Source of the DNA: Octopus sinensis
Taxonomy: Eukaryota
Reading direction: 5' to 3'
DNA: 64,000 nt
Assembly (NCBI RefSeq): GCF_006345805.1
Contig: NC_042999.1
Location: 154,814,001-154,878,000 of the forward strand
In this document: piece after piece, positions 1 through 14,400 of the stretch
How the letters are laid out: the number at the start of each line of letters is the position of its first letter
Position numbering within the stretch: the stretch's first letter is position 1
The notes under the pieces: model-generated
Told to the model about the DNA's origin: nothing
The model's database searches: none
What the model saw: the letters and a program-made list of their open reading frames with translations, nothing else
Made by a program: the position numbers and the translations under genes

Positions 1-90
1 GTGGAGATGATGGTGATGATGGTGGTGATGGTGGTGATGATGGTAGTGCTGATGGTGGTGATGGTGATGGTGATGATGATGATGATGATG
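1..90 (+). repeat. (GTG/ATG)n trinucleotide microsatellite
   Basis: Mixed gtg/atg repeats; explains the spurious M/V-rich ORF 1..246. Confidence 0.9.
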
Positions 91-235
91 ACTAATTTCC
101 TTCAGTTCCTGTCAGCCAGTGTCACTCAAACTTTGGCCATACTGAAAGACACAGTATGGACAACGCGTCGAAGAGGAAGTGAGACAGGTAAATTCATCTC
201 CGGACGCGGGTTGATTAGTTTTTTTCAATTATCAC

Positions 236-352
236 CTGCGGAGTAAGATCCGTCTGGAGAGGAAGTCTCTGTCTCAAGATATGTTTCAAAACAGATGGAC
301 GCATGTAGTAAGAATGATGCAAGTGGAAGGTGTCGAGCTGGTGTAGCCAGTT
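236..352 (-). CDS. Candidate coding exon of unidentified gene X (NWLHQLDTFHLHHSYYMRPSVLKHILRQRLPLQTDLTPQ, phase 0/0)
   Basis: Strong acceptor ttatttttttctttttcccccAG at 353-354, donor CAG|GTGATA, 117 nt open in frame, phase-compatible with 913-999. Confidence 0.4.
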
Positions 353-496
353 CTGGGGGAAAAAGAAAAAAATAACGGAAAAAAAAAGTTATGAAAACAG
401 CCGGCGGGTTGATTAGAACCCCGCACCCGTTTTTTTTATATTACTTCGATTTTCCGATTTTTATTCATCCGACTTCTATTTTATGTATATTCTATA

Positions 497-883
497 GTGG
501 AGGCGCAATGGCCCAGTGGTTAGGGCAGCGGACTCGCGGTCGGAGGATCGCGGTTTCGATTCCCAGACCGGGCATTGTGAGTGTTTATTGAGCGAAAACA
601 CCTAAAGTTCCACGAGGCTCCGGTAGGGGATGGTGGTGATCCCTGCTGTACTCTTTCACCACAACTTTCTCTCACTCTTACTTCCTGTTTCTGTTGTACC
701 TGTATTTCAAAGGGCCGGCCTTGTCACTCTCTGTGTGTCAGGCTGAATATCCCCGAGAACTACGTTAAGGGTACACGTGTCTGTGGAGTGCTCAGCCACT
801 TACACGTTAATTTCACGAGCAGGCTGTTCCGTTGATTCGGATCAACCGGAACCCTCATCGTCGTAACCGACGGAGTGCTTCCA
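497..883 (+). mobile_element. tRNA-derived SINE, family S2
   Basis: tRNA-like head (TGGCCCAGTGG A-box, GTTTCGATTCC B-box-like) plus shared body; near-identical inverted copy at 62030-62402, relatives at 18129-18450, 40745-40935 and 48180-48460. Confidence 0.85.
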
Positions 884-912
884 TATAATAAAACGATTTC
901 ATTGTAACAAAC

Positions 913-999
913 TCTATGTGTTGTGGTGTCCATATTCGTCCCTTCTATGTTCGTCTTGTATAGACAAATAAAGACATCAGTGTCACTTAAACTTTGAAC
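913..999 (-). CDS. Candidate coding exon of gene X (VQSLSDTDVFICLYKTNIEGTNMDTTTHR, phase 0/0)
   Basis: Acceptor ctgtttcAG, donor AGA|GTTTGT (weak), 87 nt open, phases fit the neighbouring candidates. Confidence 0.35.
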
Positions 1000-1101
1000 C
1001 TGAAACAGCATGGGTGGAATGCAAACTTCTTAACCGTTCAGCCACGTCCGCTCTTATTGAAATAGGAAATGGCACACATATTGTTTTTTATGTTGAAATG
1101 T

Positions 1102-1332
1102 GTCTTTTTTTATTCTTTTATTTATTCTTTCATTCATTTTCAGTGCGACCATGCTGGAGCACCGCCTTTAGTCGAACAAATCAGCCCCAGGACTTATTCT
1201 TTTGTAAGCCTAGTACTTATGCTAACAGTTTCTTTTGCTGAACCACTTAGTTACGGTGGACGTAAACACACCAACATCGATTGTAAAAAGATGGTGGAGG
1301 GACAAACACAGACACAAAGACACACACACACA
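1102..1332 (-). mobile_element. SINE S1, 3' half (5' half at 17745-17908)
   Basis: Reverse complement of the S1 body and tail seen intact at 22551-22957; ends in the internal (CA)/(TA) tract. Confidence 0.8.
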
Positions 1333-1621
<289 letters not shown>

Positions 1622-4615
1622 GACACCGCCGGCAACAACGTACACCTCACCTCGATACTCCTACTGAACATCAGAGGACTGCAAACACTCAGTAACAGGA
1701 CAAAGATCCCGTTCCTGAGAGACTTTGTTGCATGCAATCAAGCCATATGCATAGCACTTACAGAAACGCACCTGAAACCGGACATAGCAGATGCGGAGTT
1801 ACACATACCACAGTATGCTGTACTACGGACCGACAGGAAAGAAAGGAGTCATGGAGGTGTTGCTATGTACATCCGTGAGGACCTCACACCCCAGGTCCTC
1901 TTGTCATACTCAAACTCGGTGTGTGACACACTAATTGTACATATTAAGCAACTTGATGTAGTTGTGTGTGCTACATATCGCCCTCCAGATGCCCCAAGCC
2001 ATGTGGGCAAGTTTGAAGACTGCCTTATAAAAATAGAAGAAATTCTAACCACATTAGAACAACACATAGGTGTGCTTCTTATGGGAGACTTCAATCTGCC
2101 CAATGTCAGATGGCCCGAGGGCCTTTCTCTCCCAGGAATGACAAGATGTGAACGAGGACAGGCGAGGTCCCTCCTGAACCTCATCAACACCCTGTACATG
2201 GAGCAGGTAATACTCCAACCAACCAGGGCAGGTAACACACTGGATCTCTGCTTCACAAATGACATGGATCTCATCCATAATGTGAAAGTGACACCGACAC
2301 TACTCTCGGATCACAACATGATAGAGCTGACCATGTACGGGCCAAAAGAGAGCACGGACATGCAGCCTACAAGAAACCCTCAAAATCTTTCCAGCTTGAA
2401 CTACCATAAGGCAAACTGGAAACAAATTGAGAAAGAGATCCTCAAACAAAACTGGCCTAAATGTCTCTCCTCGCCAGACATCGACGTGAAACTTCAACAA
2501 TTCATGTCTGTAATGCAAGCCATATGCTACAAATGTGTCCCAGAGAGAAAGGCCACTGTACACAAGAACAAAATCCCCAGAGAGAGGAAAATCTTAATGA
2601 GACGGCGTACGAAATTTTCAAATCGCCTAAACAAACAGATTGAAAGCAGTGAAAAGTCCCGCCTAAAAATAAAACTGTTGGAAATCGAAAAATGTCTGCA
2701 ACTCTCCCATGAAAAAGAAAGAGCAGACAAAGAAGCCTGGGCTATAGAAAACATAAAATCTAACCCCAGAGCTTTCTACAGGTATGCCAAAGAAACAGCT
2801 ACAGTGCACTGTAGAATAGGGCCACTCCTCGAAAAGGATGGCACACTTACAGGAAAACCAATGAGGGTAAGTGAAATACTGAATGAGCAATTCAAGAGTG
2901 TTTTCACTCCACCCCTTGGGCATCTCCAAATCACCAATCCAACTGACTTTTTTACCACTGCAGATATAAAATCAGAGGCGGCGACGATAGATTACATCGA
3001 TATAAAGGAAGACGATGTAACCAAGGCTATAGATGAAATGAAAACAGACTCAGCTACTGGCCCCGATGGATTCCCGGCAATCCTCCTAAAAGCATGTAAG
3101 AGAGTCCTAGCAAGACCACTGCAGTTCCTCTTTCAGAGCTTCCTTGCAGCTGGCAAACTTCCAGGAAAACTGAAGGAAGGTAAAATATGCCCCATTCATA
3201 AAGGAGGTAGCAGAGCGGAAGCCAAGAACTATAGACCTATCTCTCTGACCTCACACATCAGCAAGGTCATGGAACGAATAGTCAGAAGGAAGCTGATCAC
3301 CTTCCTTGAAGAGAATGACTTGCTGCCCGACACCCAACATGGTTTCCGACCAGGGAGAAGCTGTTTAATTCAGCTCCTACAACACTATGACTGGGTGCTG
3401 AAACGGCTGCTCAACCACTCAAATGTGGAAGTGATATATCTCGACTTTGCAAAGGCCTTTGATAAAGTCGATCATGGAATGATATGTCACAAACTGCGTG
3501 ATCTCAACATAGTTGGAAAACTGGGAGAATGGCTTCATGACTTTCTGAAGGATAGAAGTCAGGTGGTAGTAGCCAATGGGGCCACCTCCATTAACACACA
3601 AATAGTGAGCGGTGTTCCGCAGGGCACTGTTCTGGGACCACTACTGTTCATAATGGCCCTCTCAGACATGCCCTCAGCCACGCAGAGAGCCACGATCACA
3701 AGTTATGCAGATGATACAAAAGTTTCACAGGCAATACAGAACCCTGAGGACACTAAACACCTGCAATGTGAGCTGGACGAAATATACAAGTGGGCTGAAA
3801 AGAATAGCATGCAGTTCAATGCTGGAAAGTTTCAAGCTTTATACTATCAGCATGCAAAACTGAATGCAATACCCAATGAATACACTGGACCCGGAGGGAT
3901 TGCAATCCCAGAGGCACAATCAGTGCGTGACCTGGGTATTCACATGAGTGATGACGCGACCTTTCATGTACATGTTGCTAAACTGACAATGAAATGTAGA
4001 CGGCTGGCTGGATGGATTCTTAGAACCTTTAGAACAAGAGAACAAGAAACCATGATGGTCCTCTGGAAGACACTTGTCCTAAGCCACTTTGACTATTGCT
4101 CTCAGCTATGGTCACCATCCAGTGTCAAGTTGATCACAGAACTTGAGGCGATCCAACGAAGCTACACAAAGAAGATAGCCTCTATGCAGAATGTAAGCTA
4201 CTGGGAAAGACTCAAGAGATTAAAATTATATTCCCTGGAGCGTAGGCGGGAAAGATATGCCATAATATACATCTGGAAGATCCTGGAGGGAAGTGTCCTG
4301 AACTTTGGCATCGAGAGTTACGCAAATGCCAGAACTGGGCGCCACTGCGTGGTGCCTAGGACTCCAAACCTGCCATCAAGATGTAGGACAAGATTCTGTG
4401 ATAGCCTGGGCTTCCGAGGCCCACAGCTCTTCAATATCCTCCCGAAGAACCTGAGAGACCTGCATCGGGTGGATACAGATGTCTTTAAAATGAAGCTGGA
4501 TCTCTTCCTGTCAGGTGTCCCAGATGAACCAACTTCACGGCAGGAGGGGCAGATGAGGGCAGCTGCATCGAACTCTCTCATGCACCAAATAGCAGTTGCT
4601 AGAAAGCCTCCATGA
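1622..4615 (+). CDS. CR1-group LINE ORF2 (APE endonuclease + reverse transcriptase), uninterrupted 997 codons, no initiating Met (5'-truncated)
   Basis: EN motifs LLNIRGL, LTETHL, YRPP, MGDFNLP, LDL, SDHNMI; RT motifs [45 protein letters not shown]; CR1-type C-terminus [11 protein letters not shown]. Confidence 0.92.
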   Translation, partial: DTAGNNVHLTSILLLNIRGLQTLSNRTKIPFLRDFVACNQAICIALTETHLKPDIADAELHIPQYAVLRTDRKERSHGGVAMYIREDLTPQVLLSYSNSVCDTLIVHIKQLDVVVCATYRPPDAPSHVGKFEDCLIKIEEILTTLEQHIGVLLMGDFNLPNVRWPEGLSLPGMTRCERGQARSLLNLINTLYMEQVILQPTRAGNTLDLCFTNDMDLIHNVKVTPTLLSDHNMIELTMYGPKESTDMQPTRNPQNLSSLNYHKANWKQIEKEILKQNWPKCLSSPDIDVKLQQFMSVMQAICYKCVPERKATVHKNKIPRERKILMRRRTKFSNRLNKQIESSEKSRLKIKLLEIEKCLQLSHEKERADKEAWAIENIKSNPRAFYRYAKETATVHCRIGPLLEKDGTLTGKPMRVSEILNEQFKSVFTPPLGHLQITNPTDFFTTADIKSEAATIDYIDIKEDDVTKAIDEMKTDSATGPDGFPAILLKACKRVLARPLQFLFQSFLAAGKLPGKLKEGKICPIHKGGSRAEAKNYRPISLTSHISKVMERIVRRKLITFLEENDLLPDTQHGFRPGRSCLIQLLQHYDWVLKRLLNHSNVEVIYLDFAKAFDKVDHGMICHKLRDLNIVGKLGEWLHDFLKDRSQVVVANGATSINTQIVSGVPQGTVLGPLLFIMALSDMPSATQRATITSYADDTKVSQAIQNPEDTKHLQCELDEIYKWAEKNSMQFNAGKFQALYYQHAKLNAIPNEYTGPGGIAIPEAQSVRDLGIHMSDDATFHVHVAKLTMKCRRLAGWILRTFRTREQETMMVLWKTLVLSHFDYCSQLWSPSSVKLITELEAIQRSYTKKIASMQNVSYWERLKRLKLYSLERRRERYAIIYIWKILEGSVLNFGIESYANARTGRHCVVPRTPNLPSRCRTRFCDSLGFRGPQLFNILPKNLRDLHRVDTDVFKMKLDLFLSGVPDEPTSRQEGQMRAAASNSLMHQIAVARKPP

Positions 4616-4711
4616 AGTGAAACCAAGTAGCAACACCAAATGGCGGTGCCCCAGCATGGCCACAGCTCATAAGCTGAAACTAGAATCAATCAATCAATCA
4701 ATCAATCAATC
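1622..4711 (+). mobile_element. CR1 LINE family A with 3' stem-loop and (TCAA)n tail, inserted in (TA)n
   Basis: 3'UTR GGCGGTGCCCCAGCATGGCCA-CAGCT-CATA-AGCTG-AAAC then (TCAA)n at 4686-4711; (TA)n on both sides. Confidence 0.9.
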
Positions 4712-4725
4712 ATATATATATATAC

Positions 4726-4822
<97 letters not shown>

Positions 4823-4823
4823 C

Positions 4824-4992
<169 letters not shown>

Positions 4993-5090
4993 TGATAAAA
5001 CGGTAAGATAACAAAAGAAAGAAAGAGACCTCAATATTATGTAAATAGAGGAAATTTATCTATACAATATGTTACATTACTCGGTAGTCA

Positions 5091-5153
5091 AGATAAAACT
5101 CTGAGTTTCAGATGCCGAAGTGGAAATCCACAACACCATCTCTTCGGTTATCT
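5091..5153 (-). ncRNA. Type I hammerhead-ribozyme-like motif (variant core) in the PLE 3' pLTR
   Basis: Mirror image of 7202-7264. Confidence 0.55.
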
Positions 5154-5337
5154 GGCTATTTGAAAACGTTATGAAAAAATACCGTTAAAAATGAAGGGAA
5201 ATTACTCTGTTATAACTCTGCTTTGCCTGTGTACTTATACATCGCTCGCATTTTTCGTCATAAAAATTATATAAAAATACATAAAAATATATAAAAATAT
5301 ATAAAATCTTCTTGGGACATTACACAGAAAGCATGTT

Positions 5338-6348
5338 CTATCCGTTTTCTTTAGGGGACCAAAAACGTAACAGAAATTTAGTCACATGTGGGCATGATCC
5401 GAAAAGCTCTGTCCTTGTATTTAGACATGTGGTAGGGTCTAAGCTGCTTTTCCAGATAAGCCATCTCTCCATGTCGCATAAACCGCACCTTCCGCTGCCG
5501 TTGGTATAGGGCTTACATCTGGCCAAAATCTTCCATTGTATGTTATAATCGACACCTTTATCTCTTAAAGACCAAATATGATTGGATAATTGTGTCGCTT
5601 TTCTTTTGTTCCAGTGCCTAAAGCTCAAAGTGTGGTTATTGAACCTGGCCTTGAAATTACCCTCTGTCAGGCCCACGTATTTCTTCGTCGAAACGGTGTC
5701 TTTAGTGGTTATAGAGTTTACGGTAGCTTCATATATGATGGTCTTGGACATGCAAGCTCCATTTAGCGGGCACAATTCTTTATTCCTGCATGAACAGCTG
5801 TTTTCTTCTTGTGTTTTTTGTATGTTATGATTGATTATGTTTTTAAAATTGGTAGTTGAACTAAAACTAATTTTTAAATTGTGTCTATTGAAGAGTTTCC
5901 TATAAGCATGGTTAACTGGAAAATGTCTATCTATCAGTGCTAGGAAATATTTACCTATATTGAAGGCCACCTCGGGTGAGTAAGGGGGCGTAAACCAGAT
6001 GACCTTCCTATTTCTATTATTCCTTTTCCTTATTGTTGAGCTGGTGATAGGTGTATATTTTATTTTTTCGCTAAAACCACTATCTTTTAAAGCTTTATTA
6101 TAAACAGGGGCAACGCTATTGAAGATGTCCTCATTAGATGAGAGGCTAGAAATCCTCTTACTAATATTTTTAACTAAATTTTTGAATACTATAGGGGGAT
6201 GGCATGAACCTACATTAATATAACTTAGTCTATCATTGGGCTTCCTATAAGGCTTATAAATATTATTATTAAGATCTAAGGAAACGTCTAAGAAATTGAC
6301 AACCGTCAGGTTAGTGTCTATAGTTATACTAAGTCCGAAGTGTTTCAT
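5338..6348 (-). CDS. PLE RT thumb + Cys-rich linker + GIY-YIG endonuclease (C-terminal part of a frameshifted ORF)
   Basis: FLDVSLDL, HPP, IWFTPPY, CSCRNKELCPLNGAC, IIYEATV...YVGLTEGNFKARFNNH, CGLCDME...LNTRTE...CPH. Confidence 0.85.
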   Translation of the reverse strand: MKHFGLSITIDTNLTVVNFLDVSLDLNNNIYKPYRKPNDRLSYINVGSCHPPIVFKNLVKNISKRISSLSSNEDIFNSVAPVYNKALKDSGFSEKIKYTPITSSTIRKRNNRNRKVIWFTPPYSPEVAFNIGKYFLALIDRHFPVNHAYRKLFNRHNLKISFSSTTNFKNIINHNIQKTQEENSCSCRNKELCPLNGACMSKTIIYEATVNSITTKDTVSTKKYVGLTEGNFKARFNNHTLSFRHWNKRKATQLSNHIWSLRDKGVDYNIQWKILARCKPYTNGSGRCGLCDMERWLIWKSSLDPTTCLNTRTELFGSCPHVTKFLLRFWSPKENG

Positions 6349-7201
6349 TAACTGGATAATATCCTTCCTAAAACGATCTTGTGCTGGTCCATTTGTATTA
6401 GCTGTTAAGGCGAGGGCATCATCTTGTAGATGGCGAAATGTACGTTAGGGAATGTCTTACCGAAGATATCTAGGAGAAAGAGTCCAATTAGATCACAGAT
6501 GCCTGCCCCATCATATGAACCCATGCTCACATCGAAAGCGCCCTCCGTGTCGGTGTTTTTTACCCACTTTGCATTCTCACTGAAAAGTAATGTCTTTCTA
6601 GCATGGAAGATTATATCCTTATCATTGGTACTAATTTATGAAGTCACTAGCGAAGATTAGGGCTTTATCTAGCAGTTCTTTAGAGATAGAGGCATAAAAA
6701 TCAACAATATCGAATTGTGTAAACTCGCTTTTTCTTATTCTTAATAGCTTTAAACCAGTCTACGACTTCTATACTATTGGACCATTGCACTAGCCTAGTG
6801 TCGGTCTTAATTTTCGTATTTATTTTATCTAAAATAGATGTAAGCCCTATACCAACGGCAGCGGAAGGTGCGGTTTATGCGACATGGAGAGATGGCTTAT
6901 CTGGAAAAGCAGCTTAGACCCTACCACATGTCTAAATACAAGGACAGAGCTTTTCGGATCATGCCCACATGTGACTAAATTTCTGTTACGTTTTTGGTCC
7001 CCTAAAGAAAACGGATAGAACATGCTTTCTGTGTAATGTCCCAAGAAGATTTTATATATTTTTATATATTTTTATGTATTTTTATATAATTTTTATGACG
7101 AAAAATGCGAGCGATGTATAAGTACACAGGCAAAGCAGAGTTATAACAGAGTAATTTCCCTTCATTTTTAACGGTATTTTTCATAACGTTTTCAAATAGC
7201 C

Positions 7202-7264
7202 AGATAACCGAAGAGATGGTGTTGTGGATTTCCACTTCGGCATCTGAAACTCAGAGTTTTATCT
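7202..7264 (+). ncRNA. Type I hammerhead-ribozyme-like motif (variant core) in the inverted pLTR
   Basis: Stem I AGATAA/TTATCT, core CCGAAGA, stem II GATG/CATC with inner GTGG/CCAC, extra T then GAAA, palindromic stem III ACTC-A-GAGT, putative GUU cleavage triplet. Confidence 0.55.
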
Positions 7265-7298
7265 TGACTACCGAGTAATGTAACATATTGTATAGATA

Positions 7299-8790
<1,492 letters not shown>

Positions 8791-8814
8791 TATATATATA
8801 TATAATATATACAT

Positions 8815-8846
<32 letters not shown>

Positions 8847-8849
8847 TAT

Positions 8850-8891
<42 letters not shown>

Positions 8892-8920
8892 TTACATATA
8901 TATATATATATATATTATAT

Positions 8921-10553
8921 ATCCTTAAATCCTTAAATCCTTAAAAATGTTTTAGCCCGAAGGCCGCGGCCATGCTGGGGCACCACCCGCTGAATGAGCC
9001 ACCACTAGTTTGTGAATCCACCTCTGATACATGGCACTTGATCAACAAGGGAGTTCGATGCTGCTGCCCGCATCCGCGTCTCCTGTCGTGAGGTAGGTTC
9101 ATCTGGGACTTCCAACAAGTAAGATCATCAGTTTAGTTTTTAAAGAAACCCACATCCACACCATGTAAGTCTCTCAGGCATTTAGGGAGGATGTTGAAAA
9201 GCTGTTGGTCCTCTGAAACCCAAGCTGTTGCATATCTGGACCTGTATTTTGATGGTGATGTTGGAATCCTTGGCACCACGCAGCGGCGCCGTTCTGCGGT
9301 TGGAGTCTTTGAATGCCAAAGTTTGGGATAAGACCTCCAGGAGGTTTCAGATGTATATTACTGCATATCTCTCCCCCGCCTCCGCTCCAGGGAGAAGAGG
9401 TTTAATACCTTCAGTCTTTCCCAGTAGCTGACATTTTGCCATTGGAGAGATTTCTTTGGTGTAGCTTCTCTGAGTTGCTTCGAGTTCCTGCTGTTTGTTT
9501 TTATTGTTGTGGTGACCAAGTTGGGAGCAGTAGTCCAAGCGGCTGAGGACAAATGTTTTCCATAGGACCATCAGTGTCTCCTTCTCTCTTGTTCTGAAAG
9601 TTCGGAGAATCCATCCAGCTAGCCGTCTGCATTTTATCACCAGATTACAGCAATATGCATTTGGGGAAGATGCATCATTGCTCATGTCAATGCCCAGGTC
9701 ACGCACTGATTTTGACTCAGGGATTGCAATTCTTCCTGGGCCAGTGTATCCAGTCTTCACGTCATTTACCTTTGTGTGCCAGTAGCGCAGGGCCTGGAAC
9801 TTACCTGCATTAAACTGCATGTTGTTGTCCTCAGCCCACCTGTATATTGTGTCCAGCTCATGTTGCAGATGCGCAATATTTTCAGGGTTCTGTATTGCGT
9901 GGGAGACCTTTGTGTCATCTGCATAGCTAGCAAGGTGGTCATCGTAGCACAACTGAGGCATGTCTGAAAGGGCCACTATGAACATCAGTGGCCCCAAGAC
10001 AGTGCCCTGTGGGACACCGCTTGTTTTTGCGTTTCCCTGGAGGTGGCTCCATTGCTCACACTGCCTGTTTTCTGTCTTTTAGAAGTTGTGCAGCCACTCT
10101 CCAAGTTTCCCGCCTATGCCGAGACCACGCAGTTTATGACAGATCATACCATGGTCGACTTTTATCAAAGGCTTTTGCAAAGTCAAGATTATTACATCCA
10201 CATTTGAGCCATTTAGTAGCTGTTTCAACACCCAGTCATAGTGCTGCAGGAGCTGTTTAGGCAGCCTCTACTGGTCGAAATCCATGCTGGTGTCAGACAG
10301 TAAGTCATTTTCTTCTCAGGAACTGATTAATTTTCTTACGGACTATTCGTTCCATGACTTTGCTGATGTGTGAAGGTCAGAGAGATAGGCCTATAATTTT
10401 TTATAGCATCTGCTCTGCTACCTCCTCCTTATGGAGTAGGGCATATTACCCCCTCTTTCAGTTTGACTGGGAGCTTACCACTTGCAAGAAAGCCCTCTGA
10501 AAAAGAGCTGTAGCGGTTTTGCAAGGGCTCGTTTGCACGATTTGAGAAGGATG
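8921..10553 (-). pseudogene. CR1 LINE family B, longer 5'-truncated copy with many indels
   Basis: [37 protein letters not shown]; same 3' end and tail as 7996-8790. Confidence 0.85.
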
Positions 10554-10602
10554 CTGGGCCAATAATGGCCGAAACCTATCAAAGTATCAAAGTTATATAT
10601 TA

Positions 10603-10651
<49 letters not shown>

Positions 10652-11483
10652 CAATATATGTATATATATTATATATATCTATATATGTATATAATATATA
10701 GTATATGTATATATATATATATATATGTATATAGAATATATATATATATTATATATATACTTACATATATATATCATAGATATATACTTATATATACTTA
10801 CCTATATTATAGTATATATATATATATATATATACGATCATATATAATATATGTACATATATATATATACTCAATATATAAATATATATGTATATATCGC
10901 TGGGCCAATAATGGCCGAAACCTATCAAAGTATCCAAGTACTTATATATATATTTATATATATCTATATATATATATTATATATATCTATGTTATCTATT
11001 ATATCTATAATAGTAGTTTATATATATATATACTTATATATGTATATATATATATCTATATTGTATATAATAATATATATTGTATATATATATCCTATAA
11101 TATATATATATATTATCATATCCATAATATCTATATATTATACATATATATACTATATATATATATATACATTATATAATATATATTATAATCTCACATA
11201 ATATATCTACATATATAACATATATATATTATAGATATATATACGATATATATATACATATAATATATATTATATAATTACATATCCAGTCATATATATA
11301 CATATATATATATATATTAATACATCTATATATATATACATTCTATATATTAATTACATACATATATAATATATATATAATCTATATACATACATATATA
11401 TATATTATATTATTATACATATATATATATATATATATATACATTATATATATAATATATTTATAACTTAATATATATATATA

Positions 11484-14400
11484 CTACTTTGATACTATTG
11501 ATAGGTTTCGGCCATTATTGGCCCAGGCCATGTCTAACTTAATAGCACCACCTGGTGAAGTCTTTCAAGTCAGAATTTGGGCACTATGGCCCACTCAAGT
11601 AGAGAGTTATTGTTTACAGAGACATATCCGGGGTAGGGGGTTTTATCCGGGATTTCTTGAAGGAATCTGTCCAAAGACTTCTTGAACCCTAATAGGTTCA
11701 GTTTCTGTTTTAATGTGTTTTTGGTGTAATGTTAAAGAGAGCGGGGCCATTGAGGTGAAATAATTGTGCCGTATTGTTGTTATGAGATGAGAGTGCGATT
11801 TTTGTTTTGGGCGGATGGCACGGGGCCCAAGCCTTGGATGTACCTTAAAGGTGATGCCAACATCATTTGGGCAATGCTGATGGAATATTTCCACATCATG
11901 CAGATGATGTAGCGCTCACGACGACGTTGGAGAGAATAGAGTTTTAGCTTTTCTAGTCGACCCCAATAGTCGAGGCCTGTCATGCCATCTATCTTTTTTG
12001 TGATTGCCCTTTGAGGTGCTTCAACTTTTATGATACCTTGTATTGTGTGGGGAGACCACAGTGGACAACAGTATTCAAGGTGGGGTCGGGCAAAAGTGGA
12101 GAAGAGAAGGATAATGGTGTGGATATCTCTCGACTGGAAAGTTCTGAGAATCCAGGAACACATTCTGCGGGCCATGTCAACTTTGGTGTTTATATGAGTG
12201 GCCCAGCTTACGTTGTTGTCCACAATTACTCCCAAGTCTCTGATGTTGTTGGACGCCGCGAGAGTTTCACCTGAAGGAAGGGAGTATGGGAGTTTCAGGG
12301 CATCCTCTTTTCCAAAGTGGATTAGCTCAAATTTATCCTCGTTCAGCAGCATATTGTTTTTTTCTGCCCATTGGATAACAGCCAGTAGATCTGACTGAAG
12401 GCATGTCCGGTCACTCGCCTCATTTATGACCTTCTGTAGCTTGGAGTCATCTGCAAAGATTTTTATGTTGCTGTGCTTGATGATGTCATTAATGTCATTA
12501 ATGTAAATGATGAAAAGAAGTGGGCCCAGCACAGTGCCTTGCGGACGCCACTACTGACTTGGCTGGGCTTGATTTTACCCCTTCAACTACAACATGTTGA
12601 GATCTGTCTGTCAGGAAACACTTAATCCATTTCAGTAACTTTCCAGAGACACCAAGTTGGATAGTTTTTTCAATAGGATCTTGTGATCGACCCTGTCGAA
12701 GGCCTTACTGAAATCAAGGTAGATGACATCGTGTTGGAGCCCTCTCCCAAAGCTCTCAAAATGTCCTCAAAGTGATGCAGGAGCTGCGTTAGGCAGTCCC
12801 TTCCATTACGGAACCCATGTTGGTTGGAGATCAGCCGTCTGTTGCTTTCCAGAAATTGGGTTATTCGAGATCTCACCACCCTCTCAAATACCTTGATGAT
12901 ATGAGAGGTGAGTGAGATCGGACGGTAATTCACTGCAAGGGACTTGTTTCCCTTTTTGAAAACTGGGACAACAGACTGGGACAGAAGGTTTTTTGGAATA
13001 TAGCCAGCATCCAGTGAGTTTCTCCACAGATTAGCAAGGGGAGATGCAAGTTGGTGTCGACACAAGCAGGGAACCTATCGGGGCCTACTGCTGAATTGTG
13101 TTTTATTTCGTTTATCGCCGCTAAGACATCAGGGGCACTAAACGTTATGTCCGATATAGTGTGTTGGGGGTTGACATCACTGATACAGCCCAGATCGGCC
13201 ATATCAGGATTGCTGAAAACAGAGCAGTATTGTTTCTGCAGTATCTCGGCCATGGATTTGGCATTATCTTGGAGAGTGCCAGTTTCGTCAATTAGAGGGC
13301 CTACAGTGGAGACAGTGACCCTGCGTTTCCTCGCAAATGAAAAGAACACTTTGGGGTTGAGTTTGATTTTTTCAATGGCCCACTTCTCCTCAGCTGATCT
13401 TTGGTTATTGATGAGGGTCTTCATGCATTGTTGGAGGTTATATTTTTGGATTCAAGCAGTGCGATAGCCGTCGAATGTGTGTGTTGCTGTTGGCAGTACT
13501 TTAGTTTGTTATTTTTTTGTTTGTTCTTTTTATTTTTCTGATAATGGTTTTTCTGTTTTGGGGGATTCTGCACTTTTTGTTCACAGGTCTTGGTGGGGAG
13601 TGTTTTGCACATATGTCTGTGACGGTGTCTACAAAGATCTGCCAAGATGTTTTATGGTTGGTGGAGATGTGTGTATGTGTAAAGGACCAGTCAACATTTG
13701 ATAGCTCGTTCCTGATTGCATCCCAGTTGGCTTTATGGAGATCCATGTTGTCAAATGGGTGGGCTGGAGGAAGGTCACTAGGATTAGCTTTCGGCTGGTG
13801 GAATTTCATGTTACAGAGAACCATGTCATGGTCTGAAAGAAGGGTTTTTTCCACTGTAACGTTATGTATAGTGTTAGTGTGGTTACTAAACACTAGGTCC
13901 AAAATGTTCTGATGTCTTGTTGGTGCAAGGACAAGTTGGGACAAGAAAAACTCATTCGTAAAGTCGAAAAGTGACTCTGCTGCTTCTTCTTTCTGCAGCG
14001 GTTGAGGCGGGAGTGCTTGGTTTCAAACAGTTTGTAGTCCAGTCAACACAGGGTAGATTGAAGTCTCCCATCATGAGTATGTTGCTAGAATGGCACTGTT
14101 GAATAAAGCACTTAATGCTGTTGAGGCATTCTTTAAAGCACAGTATGGGTGTTTGGGGCGGCCTATAGAGCCCATTACTGTCAGGTCATTGGCTTTGTTG
14201 TGCACGGTGACTGATTCACAGTAGCCGTTGGAGATATACTATTTCCATCTGCCGTAAATGAATCATGCAGGAAAATGGCAGTTCCACCCTTCCTCCTGCC
14301 GATACGATCCGCGCGGATGGTTGTGAAATTCTTCACTCTCACTTCGGCTTCCAAGTGGGAGTTGTCAAGGTGGGTCTCAGTGAGAATGAAGAAAGGGATG

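Noticed and set aside
106-187. Plus-strand AG/GT-bounded segment with a branch-like CTAAT
   Set aside because: No partner exons or recognisable peptide; the opposite-strand candidates form a better chain.
497-572. tRNA gene (also 18129-18200 and the S1/S3 heads)
   Set aside because: Imperfect cloverleaves that run into repeated SINE bodies; these are SINE heads.
5338-6835. Selenocysteine recoding as reported for some Naiad PLEs
   Set aside because: No in-frame TGA was seen in the 336-aa ORF or in the upstream stretch I translated; the breaks found are single-base frameshifts.
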